Assembly: GCA_965603825.1 (NCBI GenBank)
Contig: CBFDEM010000003.1
Span: 186,001 to 250,000, forward strand
DNA from: Blepharisma stoltei ATCC 30299
Taxonomy: Eukaryota; Protista; Ciliophora
DNA: 64,000 nucleotides
Reading direction: 5' to 3'
Translations under genes and position numbers: made by a program
The notes under the pieces: generated by a model
Told to the model about the DNA's origin: nothing
Databases searched by the model: none
Seen by the model: the letters and a program-made list of their open reading frames with translations, nothing else
Part shown: positions 8,414-19,062 of the stretch, piece after piece
How positions within the stretch are numbered: position 1 is the first letter of the stretch
Layout: each line of letters begins with the position of its first letter

Positions 8414-10726
8414 TTAATTCTGACGCCCTGCAAACTTTTCTTTAAGCTGGTTTACTTTTTCATCAGTAATAGCCTTTATAATAGGAACTGCTTGCGTTAT
8501 CCTCGTATGAGGGCTCAATAATGTTAAAATGGAGAGTGGGTCATTGGCTTCTAAGACTTCTTTGAGTAAGGTGTCTTCTCTTGGAGTTCTTTCTATTGAT
8601 AACTGAGAATAAACCTTAGCACAAAATCCAGGAATAAATGGCTCTAAAGCAAGAATGGCAGCTCTTATGATGTTGCTAGAAACGACTAGCCCAGTTTGGA
8701 GTCTTTGTAAGTCAATTTTCTTGAGCTCCCACAGCTTGCTGTTTTGGATGTATTTGTTGCCGGCACCAGAAATGTCCATAGCTGTTTTTAAGGCTTGTCT
8801 GATTTTAAGCTCTTCCATTTCTTGTGCGTATTTTTGGAGCAGTTGGTAAGCTTCGTTGAGGGACTCTAAGTCAAGTGAGTTAAGCTCTCCTGCAACTCCA
8901 AGTTCTTGGTCTAGTTTCATCCAGAACTTGAAAAGTCTGTTGCAGAGATTCCCGACGTTTGGTAAAAGCTCATTGTTGTTTTTGGCAGCTAAGTCGCTCC
9001 ATTTGAAGACAGTATCTGATTGTTCAGGCCTGTTAGCTAGTAAATAGTATCTGTATACTTCATTAGGAATTCCAGTGTCCATTGCATTATCTCCAAAAAC
9101 TCCGACGCCGTTTGACTTTGAAAACTTTCCGTCCTCATAATTTAAATACTCTGTAGTAGAAATGGTGTGCAGTTTAGTCCAATTGTCTCCTGACCCTATC
9201 AAGCTGCATGGGAAAATGACAGTATGGAAAGGAATGTTATCTTTCCCCATAAACTGTGCTAATTCGACTTGAGCTGGATTTTTCCACCACTTTTCCCAGT
9301 CATCTGTATGAGTAGCTGTCATAGAAATATAGCCAATGGGAGCATCAAACCACACATAAAGGACTTTGTCACTAAAGTTTGGTAGTGGGACTGGAATTCC
9401 CCATTTAAGATCTCTTGTAATACACCGTGGCTTCAATCCATCTCTGATCCACGACTGTGTTGTTTGCATACAGTTCTGGCTCCATTTTCCCTTGGCTGAG
9501 CTTTCCCCAATCCACTGTTCAAGTCTATCTTTAATTTTTGGTAAATTTATGAATATATGGCGAGATGTCTTTCTAACTGGGGTGTTATTGCACAGCATAC
9601 ACTTAGGGTCAACTAATTCTTCAGGGCTGCACAATTTTCCGCAGGCATCACATTGGTCACCTCTTGCACCTGTATAAGCACAGTTTGGACAAGTTCCATT
9701 AACAAACCTGTCTGCCAAAAACCTATTACAGTGCTCACAAAATGACTGTTCGACATCATCTTCTATAAGTTCTTCTAGATTATAAAGCTTAAGGAAAATG
9801 TCTTGGGCGATTTCTGTTTGCTTTGGATGCGAAGTTCTTCCGAAGTTGTCAAAGTCAATATCAAACCAATCGTAAATTGTTTTATGGATGGCGTGATATT
9901 TATCACAGATTTCTTGAGGTGTTAAGCCTTCTTTAATAGCTTTGGTTTCGGTGGCAGTGCCATATTCATCAGTGCCACAGATAAAGATTGTGTTGTAGCC
10001 TCTAAGTCTGCAGTATCTAGCGTATACATCAGCTGATAAAACACAGCCAATTATGTTACCTAAGTGAGGAACATTGTTCACATAAGGGAGGGCACTTGTT
10101 ATAAGTATATTTCTCTTACCTTCTTCTGGCAACACTTTCGTTTTGTTTCTTTGAATTTTTAGGCTTCCTTCAAAGTACTCCACTGTTTTTTTAGGCTTGG
10201 CAGCTACAGTTTGTTCTCCTAGGTCTTCTTGCACGCCAGAATAAATTTCGCTGAGCTTTTTATAGCATTCACCAAGCACAGGGAACTTTTTCATCATCCA
10301 TGGGTTTCCTGTGAAGAATTGGAACAAGTAAGCGAACCCTAAAATATCAGCAGATGCAGGATGGGGACCTCCTATAAAGTCGCCTTTGACTGATCTCTCT
10401 AAAGACCCAATGGCTTCTAATAGGGCTTCGTTGCTTTTTATAGCAGATTTAGATGAAAGTTCTGCCATTGGCTTAAGATAATACAAAATCCACTCATCAA
10501 GATGCAGGCTATCTGAGACGTTCCAAGGACACTGTTCCATGGCATATCTGCAGATACTGAGCTCTCCCATTACTTCTAGAGGATTTCCGGTCCTGTCTTT
10601 TTCATCCAATTGTAGAGTTACTAATGGAAGGTTTTCTGTAGTTTGCTTCGCTTTTAGACCAGCAAGTCTAAGGGCAAGCAAGCAAGCTCTGACTCCTTCT
10701 TTGGCTGACTGATATAAAAGCTTCAT
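8414..10726 (-). CDS. MARS1: Methionyl-tRNA synthetase, cytosolic, with GST-like N-terminal domain
   Basis: ITSALPYVNNVPHLGN (HIGH-type), GTDEYG, Zn-knuckle CxxC pairs, YVWFDAPIGY, GKDNIPFH, KFSKS. Confidence 0.97.
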   Translation of the reverse strand: MKLLYQSAKEGVRACLLALRLAGLKAKQTTENLPLVTLQLDEKDRTGNPLEVMGELSICRYAMEQCPWNVSDSLHLDEWILYYLKPMAELSSKSAIKSNEALLEAIGSLERSVKGDFIGGPHPASADILGFAYLFQFFTGNPWMMKKFPVLGECYKKLSEIYSGVQEDLGEQTVAAKPKKTVEYFEGSLKIQRNKTKVLPEEGKRNILITSALPYVNNVPHLGNIIGCVLSADVYARYCRLRGYNTIFICGTDEYGTATETKAIKEGLTPQEICDKYHAIHKTIYDWFDIDFDNFGRTSHPKQTEIAQDIFLKLYNLEELIEDDVEQSFCEHCNRFLADRFVNGTCPNCAYTGARGDQCDACGKLCSPEELVDPKCMLCNNTPVRKTSRHIFINLPKIKDRLEQWIGESSAKGKWSQNCMQTTQSWIRDGLKPRCITRDLKWGIPVPLPNFSDKVLYVWFDAPIGYISMTATHTDDWEKWWKNPAQVELAQFMGKDNIPFHTVIFPCSLIGSGDNWTKLHTISTTEYLNYEDGKFSKSNGVGVFGDNAMDTGIPNEVYRYYLLANRPEQSDTVFKWSDLAAKNNNELLPNVGNLCNRLFKFWMKLDQELGVAGELNSLDLESLNEAYQLLQKYAQEMEELKIRQALKTAMDISGAGNKYIQNSKLWELKKIDLQRLQTGLVVSSNIIRAAILALEPFIPGFCAKVYSQLSIERTPREDTLLKEVLEANDPLSILTLLSPHTRITQAVPIIKAITDEKVNQLKEKFAGRQN

Positions 10727-10801
10727 ACTTATAACTATATGGTGAAGTATAATTCCATACGGAAACTTTTTTCATAACATATAAAATTGATAATTTATTG
10801 G

Positions 10802-12961
10802 TTAATTTCTACATTTAGTAAGCCTAGCTCTATGACGAGTAACGCGCATTGTTTCTGCTTTCATCACACACTCAGAGCAAAACCAGTCTCCATCAGGAAT
10901 TTCGTCAAGGCCTGCACATGCTTGATGAGCGACTTTTGGGCATCCATCACAGCAGATAATAAGCCCTGCTTCTCCACATACATAGCAGACTTGTTCTTGG
11001 TTGCGAAATTCGTCTTCTATTTGCTGTAGTTTCCTAAGTCTTTCCAGACGGTACGATCTTCTTGCTATGCTATATGAAGTCTCTTCGGGTGGAATTTCTG
11101 GCTGATGAGCTTCCAGATACCTATAAAGAACTGCTGCAAATATGTGGAAGCATAAGAAAAGTTCTTGGAATTGTTCAACACCTGATAAATATTGTGAATA
11201 AAACTGAAAAAGGTCTCCATAATCCTCCCAAATAAAAATCTCAACTTTTGCTTTTTTTATCGGCAAATCTTCTGAAACTGCTTCAATTGGCTTTGATCCT
11301 GTGCAGTTTGATAAAGAAATAAAAGCTTCTTTAAGCTGATCTGCATTATTTGCTGCATCAATTTGGTCCATTACTTCAGAATTCCCAATCCCAAGTGTGT
11401 TCAGCGTCGCTGTGTATGCTTCTTTCATTTTTTGTTTTAAATCTTCTAGCTTATATGCAGAGTTTTCCAATTTTCCTTCTTTTTCAGTTTCCCCAAGGTC
11501 ACCTTCGCTTGATGTAGATTCTCCTTCACCATTAGTATGAGGAGTTAGCTCAAATAAATATTTTTCCAAGCCAAGTGACAGCTTTGTTTCTCTGATTCCT
11601 TTATCACATAGCCATTTCTTTAACAATTCTACCTCTTCTTTTGTATTATAATAGTATCAATAACCTGTCTCTGATTCTTTTCCTTTTCCTTCAATTGGTT
11701 TATAACGCTTAACGAATAATAATTTTCTTTCTCATGGGAATACATAATATTCATTATAATGTCTATCTTTGCCTATACATTCAGATCGAGTCCTAATATC
11801 TTTCATTTCTAATAAAACTTTTTCTAGTCTGTCATTAATGTTTGAAACTTCTGTACTAGCAAGGCTCACTTTATTCCCTTTTTGCAAAGTCTTCAGCTGC
11901 ATATGGATATCGTGCTTTTCTTTGCGAAGGATTTCTATTTTTTCCATTCTTTTGGTGATTTCTTGATAAAATTGGATAGAGTCTAATAGCATGCTGATAA
12001 GCAAAGCGATCATTTGGATTTTTTCTTGTAAAGTGTATTTTTCATAATAACAAATTGAGAGTGGAAATAGTTCAAATTTCTGCGTAAATGGCTCTGAATC
12101 CTCGGTAAATTCATTTCACAAGCCTGAAGAAAAGATGCTTTCTAATAAAATCAAATATGAAGTGTCCATAATGTCTTCTAAGTTTGCTATTTTTTGTGCT
12201 CTACACAGCAAATAGCTGAGACCTCTGCTCATTTTTTTATCGATATTGTCTTTTTTAATCATCTTTGCGACAAGAGGTCTGAGCAGCCCTATGTGTAAAT
12301 CTTTTACAATTTTATTTTCATGCTGTGTGTTGAGAGCGTTATAAAGAACGTCAATTCCTACTTTAGGAACTTGTAATAATTCTTTATAAGTAAATAAAAA
12401 ATCGCATATAAAAAGAATTTCTCCCAATATCTCTGGATTTATATTATAAGCTTTTGGCAGTGGAGGGTCATTCTCTTCAACTTCATGCAGCTCTGGGCTT
12501 TTCCATATAAGCGTATCATCTATAGGATATGCGATTTTTCCTCCCTTGACTAAATCTGGGTGCTTATTTTTAAATCTTTTCATCAGTGTATCGGCTTCTG
12601 TCCTCATAAGTTTCTGATAAAGCTTCTTCCCCCAAGACTCTTTTTCAGCTGCTTGGGCTTTAACAAGCCTTGTATCCTCTTCTATGAGCCTTTTTTCAAA
12701 GTTGTCAGCACATGAAATACAGACCCAATGCAAAAAAGAGACATCTAGCTCAGAGACACCGAGACATGTAAGGTGATAAGCTTGTGAGCAAATTGTGCAA
12801 GGCAATAAAGTTCCTTTCTCTTTGCAGCAATTACAAGAGCGGGATATACGAGATCGACGTGAGCTAAAGGCGTTAGAGGCTTGCCGAGAATCCAGTTTAC
12901 GCGAATTGTGTTTGGTCTTGCCTTTTTCTCGTTGTATGCTTGGTTTGATATTTTTGACCAT
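10802..12961 (-). CDS. PHD-DDT-WHIM/WSD-PHD chromatin protein (ACF1/BAZ-like ISWI partner)
   Basis: Three ORF-track fragments join in one frame via TGA=W (719 aa); N- and C-terminal PHD fingers, DDT (GEILFICDFLFTY..LHIGLL), IGKDRHYNEYYVF, W.YY..EEVELL..L..KGIRE..L. Confidence 0.85.
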
Positions 12962-13634
12962 TCTGAATGCGGTGGAATAATAATGGCTTGGAAACTTGGG
13001 GATCAGAGGAAAATTTCATATAAAAATATAAGAATTATTATGGACAAGATTAGTTTTGATGATGAAGAAAGAGTGTCAGCTGGATAGGAGAGCTTTAAAA
13101 GCAAAATAAACGAGAGAAAAATAAAGAGGAAAGGTCTGATAACAAAAAAGTTTGGAATATAAAGAGGTTTAGTGAAGAAGGTAAATATGGATATATAATT
13201 AAATTTTAAAAATTATAAAATGGCAGATAAGGAAAATCTTTTAGAAAAAATACAAATGAAATTTGCGTTAAATATATTGTCAAATATATTTAATTTTTAT
13301 TTTATTTAAAAATAAAAAAATTTAAAAATAGTTATCATTAATAAAAATTTATGGTTGATTTAATGGCTTTTGCTCCAGAAAAGGTTTTTGAAATAGCTTA
13401 AAATAAAAACTAAATGCAATTATTACAACATTTAGCCATTTCAATACACTAATTTTAGCTTCAAATATTCTGAAATTCAAATTTTAATATCCAACTGGTC
13501 TTTTAAGGCTTATATTTACTATCATAAGAGTTTATTTATCTTTTAAGCGTCAATCCTACGTTTAAGAATAAAATGGCATATACTATCAGTAAATTCACAT
13601 ATACAAATTTCATTCAAAATATAAAATTAAATAA

Positions 13635-14978
13635 ATGAAAAACCGTGATATGATGCCTGGCTTTGCTCTAGGACTTTCTAATCACAGCAGCATGCGAAAT
13701 CCTTCTTCTATGTTCCATAACTCTCAAGTCTTCGAGCTCTCCTCTATCAAAAAACAAGAAATTCCTTCTCATTCTTCTAGAGATCACAATTTTATTTTAC
13801 CAATCTCAATTAACTGCAAATTTTGTGGCCAAAAAGAGCAGCCAAACCACCGGCTTATCAAAGTCTGCAAATGCACAACCAAGTGCTGAGCCCACGAAGA
13901 CTGCATAAACTCAAGGCAAAGCAAAGAAAGCACATGCAAGCTCTGCCATCACGAATTTATATTAAATTATGATAAAGAAAGCGAAGCAAGTGAAATGGAA
14001 GAGTCAAGCATTCTGCAAAGCTTAGAAGAGCAAACTGATAGAAATAACCAAGCGTCAACCCCACAGATGAGCTCACTTATTGAGAGCTCAGGCGAGGCAA
14101 GGATGAGAAAAGTAATTAAGGCTGCTACTTTGAAGCCTTATTGCAGGATTTGTAAAAGTGGGGCTGATAATTTGAGCAATAAATTGATTTATCCATGTCA
14201 GTGCCATACTGTGAACCCTAAAAAGTCGTGGGCACATAGGAATTGTATATTTGATGATATAATCCAAAAGCAATCAGATATTTGCCCAATGTGCAAAGCA
14301 CAGTTTGCATTTGCATGTGAAACAGAGAAAAGTTGGATTTGCAAGGATTCAGAATTATGCGGAGAATTTACAGCTCAGTTATTTGGGATTGCCCTGCTTT
14401 TTGTGTTTTGTATTGGTGTCATTGTGTTTTTAACATCAACTCCAGGAATTGACCTTGATGAAGGTGAAAGTGTGTGGCGATGAATATTAGTTGCGCTATT
14501 AGTCATTCTACTAATCCTCTCAGTCCTTCTCCTAGGCTTCCTCATCTACCTGAAAACTACAGAAGAAAAGGTAAAATCGATTTACGTTCTCTGTCAGCGT
14601 CAAGAAATCGCAAAAATGACCTCTACAAGTCATAACTTGTTCATCCACTATTTAGAAAAACTAAAGAAAAGCCATTTAATTCCAGAAGCCCCACCCCCAG
14701 CAATCAAAGCAATAAGACAAAAAAAGCCAAAAATGCCTGCAGAAGTCATTGAAGACAGAAAAAGCATAGATTTTCAAGATCACATGGAAGAGCCAGAAAT
14801 ATCAAGACTTATTATTAATACTGATACAAATGGAGAAAATTTCGACTCTAAAGCCTTAAAAGAACACTCAGATTTTAAAGAATCCTCAATAATACATATA
14901 AGCTTTATTAGCAGTGAAGATATAAAAGAAGAAGAAATGAAAGAGCATAGCAGTTTTAAGTCTGCAGAGTTCAATTAG
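13635..14978 (+). CDS. Membrane RING-CH (MARCH-like) E3 ligase with two RING-CH domains and two TM helices
   Basis: One frame with TGA=W at 13887 and 14481; two C4HC3 RING-variant motifs, each with WAH..C, followed by two hydrophobic helices. Confidence 0.8.
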
Positions 14979-15049
14979 TTTTGCGTTGATAAATTAAAAT
15001 GCGTATTATTTATATAAAAACTGAAAGTTTAGCATTAAAATATAGTAAT

Positions 15050-16321
15050 ATGACTAAAAGAAGGGCGCGTCAAAAAAGGGCCATAGGAGCCTATATAATT
15101 GATCTAGAAGGGAAAAGACATAGCTTTGACTCATTTTACTGGTTCGAGCAGCACAATTTGCCATGCGTGATTGTCAATTGTATGAAAAAGTGGAAAGCAA
15201 GAAAGGAATGATTCCCTCCATGAGATCGGTTAAAGCTTTTAATAGACTCCACATCTCTTATTGACGTTGCCGTTGCTAATGAAAATGCTGAATTTTCAGG
15301 CGCGAATAGAGAGCAACAATATCTAAGTGTTTCTTTTTATGAATTTCTTTCCTTATCCGTACTTTATGCCCAACAAGGCGTCAGCATGTATATGGCGCAA
15401 TGCCCTATTCTCTCCCAGACTCATACAAAAGAAGAAAAAGGCTTATGCCCTCTCTTGCAAGACATCAAAATTCCTAGAATTGTCCAAAATAAAGAGCTTG
15501 AAATAAACCTGTGAATGAATATTCATCCTACCAAATCCGCATTTCATTATGACTCATATTTAAATTTACTCTGTATCGTGCATGGGCAGAAAGATTTAGA
15601 GCTGCACCCTCCCAGTTCTTATGTCCGCTGTGAGTCTTTGTTTTCTGAATCATATAACCACTTAACATCAGAATTTAAGCACCAAGGAACAAAAATATCA
15701 TTAAAGCCTGGACAAATTTTATTTATACCTGAAGGATGGTGGCATAAAGTAAATTCAACTGCCAATACTGTTGCATTGAGTATGTGGTGGAAAGGAATTG
15801 ACCAAGGGACTCTTCATGAAAGTAAAAAATATATAGATCTTGGAGGAAGCCTTGATTTTTATTTGGCAAAAAGCTGTATTAGAAGGCTTGTTATTCAGCA
15901 TGCAGATTTAATGATTGAAAGAAAAATTAAAAAATTAGGAAAAATTGAAGAAAAAGTGCTAGAAAATATTAGGGCAGGAGATACAGAGTTTATTTTTGAA
16001 GCTCTAGAAAGTGTGAGCCCCCTTCTGATACTTAAGGTCATTTTTAGTTAGGAAATCCCAACTCCTTCTCTTAAAAGACTTCTCCTGAAAATAAAGCACA
16101 GAGGAAATTTATTTGAATTTTTAAGGTCACTTGACGATCAAGCTCTTTATATCCTCATAACTAAGCTTGAAGAATTTGACTATGATGCAGATTCTTCAGT
16201 TTACTATGCTGAACTGTGGGGTGGTATTGAAAATGCTGAAGATATAATTCAGTACTTATTGACTATCAAAAAAAATATTACCATGGACTCGTTTTCAAGA
16301 GTTTTAAAACACATTGTTTAA
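15050..16321 (+). CDS. JmjC-domain (cupin-like) 2-oxoglutarate dioxygenase
   Basis: MYMAQ..DIKIP..NLW(TGA)M..FHYDSYLNLLC..LFIPEGWWHKV with intact HxD...H triad; intron 16037-16051. Confidence 0.85.
16037..16051 (+). other. 15-nt spliceosomal intron
   Basis: GTCATTTTTAGTTAG; removes in-frame TAG, followed by ~90 more open codons. Confidence 0.8.
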
Positions 16322-16429
16322 GGATTTTTACTTATTTAAGCCTCAATTAATATATTTTTTAATATAATTCGGCGCTAATAGTCCATAAGTTACAAAAATA
16401 TTTTTATTAAATTTAAATATATTTTAAAA

Positions 16430-17678
16430 ATGAGTAAAAGAAACCCAAGAGAAGCAAATTCGACCAAAGAAGCAATTGAATATGTCTGCAATGTCCTCGC
16501 TTTTTATGGGATTCGATATTTAAACCCTGAAGTGTTTAGGCAAGCTCGCTTAGGAAATCCAGAAGTGGTAATATAAAACTCAGTCAGAGAGATTATGAAC
16601 AGGGCTATTTCATCTTATCGTTCTCCATCTTCGAGGCTTCGAAATCAGGGTTAGTAATCCTCCTCAAGATATGACCTTAATTCCTCATTTAACAGCTTAT
16701 GTCCTCAACAAATGGGGTTGCCCAGTCCATCTACAATCCAATTCTTCTCAATTGCAGCTTTTAGCCTTTGGCTGGCTTGCCGACCACACAAATTTATTCC
16801 AAAACTACGAGTCAAATTTCTGTGCATCTCCTACACCATTTGCCAGTATAGAAGACCTTAACCAAAAAGCTCAAGAATATTTAAACGAAAACATGCCCTC
16901 GCCCTCTGCAATTACCCCATCCACAATAGTATCAATTTATCGTGCTCTATTAATCCAAATAAGAGAGACTTTCCAGCATATTTCATATACAGCCAAATTA
17001 ATTAACCAGGTTCATTCTGCAGACCCCAGCTTAGACCCTGAGGATTTATGAGTAGCCTCAAAAGAAAGCAGAATACAAGAATTTGAAGTAGCAGCTGGAA
17101 TTAATGAAAATTTGGAAAAGAAAAAAGAAGAAAATGCAAAGCACCGAGCAGTGTTTTGGGCTTGGCTTGATGCCATGCTAAAAGATATCCCTGCACAGAA
17201 TGCTACAGAAATTCAAAAAAATGAAGAAAATTTGGTTGTTAGCGAGATTACTGAGGAGTAAGGAATATGCAGTGTTGAAGAAGTTTATAGTGAAGTTGTA
17301 GCTGCTTGAAAAGATATTGAAGGGCTATTACCAAGGATAAGGGGAAAATGAAGTGAAGTTGAAGAAGCAATCCATGCGAGACTTGATGAAAATAGTTTAG
17401 CTCAGTGGCAGGAAAATTTAGACCAGATAACACAAGAGCTTTCTATGAAATTTATTAGTTTAGAAGAAATCACAGAAAAACTTATAAATTCACATACAAT
17501 ACCAGCAATAATACCACTTCATCCTAAAATAATCAAAGACAGAAGTGAAGGAGAAGAACTTTTGCTTAAAAAACTGCCAAAGCTTGAACAAGAGTTTAAT
17601 AAAATGCAAGAATCTTTCCGATCAACAATCTCGAAATCCCTTCAAAGCATCCCAGGTATAAGAGCATATAATTTATAG
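16430..17678 (+). CDS. TEDC1: Tubulin epsilon and delta complex protein 1-like
   Basis: PEVFRQARLGNPEV-SERLW..LF; SSQLQLLAFGWL; VFWAWLDAML resemble TEDC1 motifs; needs intron 16568-16583 and TGA=W. Confidence 0.7.
16568..16583 (+). other. 16-nt spliceosomal intron
   Basis: GTAATATAAAACTCAG; restores frame. Confidence 0.8.
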
Positions 17679-17694
17679 CTTATTGGAATTAAAT

Positions 17695-18342
17695 TTAAAC
17701 CCCTTGAGAAATTGCCCTTTTAGTCCTTATATGATCAGTTCTTGATTTCACATTTTGAAACTTTTTCATTTTAAACTCAGATTTCTGAGTTATTTCTTGG
17801 GAATTCCTAATAGCAGCCACCATTTTATCGAACCCTTTTGTGCTTCGAGGCTGCCATGATTTTTTCTTGATATTCGGGTTAGTGCTGTATTCTTGGTGCT
17901 TTATATCGACAGCAACGTCTCCAAAATAGTTTTCTAGCACAGCGTTAATAGGAGTGCTTGGCCTGTTTGGCTGGCCAAATACAATATCAGGGATTTCTTT
18001 ATCTTTGGGACGTCTACCAGATGTCAGCTGTATGCGAGCATCCATTGTTTTTCTAAAAGTTCTTTGGTCTGAAGCCTTGGTGAAGCCTCCAGTAACGCTC
18101 ATTGCGTTGAGTTTCTTGAAATCTCTGTCATTTGGCAAATCTTGGCTTGGGTTATGGACTTTTCATGAGGAAACTAATTTTCCTGCACCTTCGTCATCTT
18201 CGCCTACTTTTTTGCCGTATGTGAATTCATTAGGTGGGAGGGTTCTTGTAGTAGGTTTGGATTTTCCGACATCATCTTTGACTAACAAATAATTGTTGGA
18301 GTTTTTGATCATTGCGTAGAAATTGTGCCGAAGGTCTGCCAT
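17695..18342 (-). CDS. CFAP77: CFAP77-like (DUF4483) microtubule inner protein, paralogue A
   Basis: LLVKDDVGKSKP..LP..FTYGK..GAG..W(TGA)..RDFKKLN..FGQPNRPSTPI. Confidence 0.8.
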
Positions 18343-18395
18343 AACTGTAATATAATTTAATAAAAAAGAAAATAAAGTTAAAGGCGAAGGAGTTT

Positions 18396-19019
18396 CTAAG
18401 TCCTCACATTATCAATTTTGGACTTCACATTCTGAAATTTTTTCATCTTGAACTCTTTTTTCTGAGGTTGTTCTTGGGACACATTGGCTGGTCCAGGTGA
18501 ACGATTTGATGCTTTTTCATGCTTGGATTCTTCAGACTTTTTCTTTATGTTAGGACTTCTACTATAATCCTGGTTTTTCATTTCTGCAGCTACGCTTCCA
18601 TAATAGTTCTCGATGACTGCATTTATAGGGGTGCTTGGCCTATTTGGCTGCCCAAATATAATATCTGGGATTTTCTTTTCTTCTTGATGAATAGAGTTAG
18701 AAAGTCCTACTCTGACATCAACGTTTTTTCTAAAAACCCCTTGCTCTGATGCTTTAGTAATCCCTTTGGTCGCACTCATAACGTTTAGTCTTTTGAAATC
18801 TTTATCATTTGGCAAGTCCTTGCTAGGTGCATGAATTTTCCAAGAAGAAATGACTTTTCCTGCACCTTCACTGTCTGCAGCGGCTTTTTTGCCGTATGTA
18901 AAATTGCCGCCTGGCAGATTTCTTACTGAGGGTTTAGCTTTTCCAACGTCGTCTTTTACTAAGAGGTAATTGCCAGAACTTTGCATCATAGCGTAGAAAT
19001 TATGATCCTGGTTTGCCAT
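18396..19019 (-). CDS. CFAP77: CFAP77-like (DUF4483) microtubule inner protein, paralogue B
   Basis: Same motifs as the adjacent copy; tandem duplicate. Confidence 0.8.
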   Translation of the reverse strand: MANQDHNFYAMMQSSGNYLLVKDDVGKAKPSVRNLPGGNFTYGKKAAADSEGAGKVISSWKIHAPSKDLPNDKDFKRLNVMSATKGITKASEQGVFRKNVDVRVGLSNSIHQEEKKIPDIIFGQPNRPSTPINAVIENYYGSVAAEMKNQDYSRSPNIKKKSEESKHEKASNRSPGPANVSQEQPQKKEFKMKKFQNVKSKIDNVRT

Positions 19020-19062
19020 AACTGTTATTTTTATATTCCTTACATGATTAATTTAAAATTAT

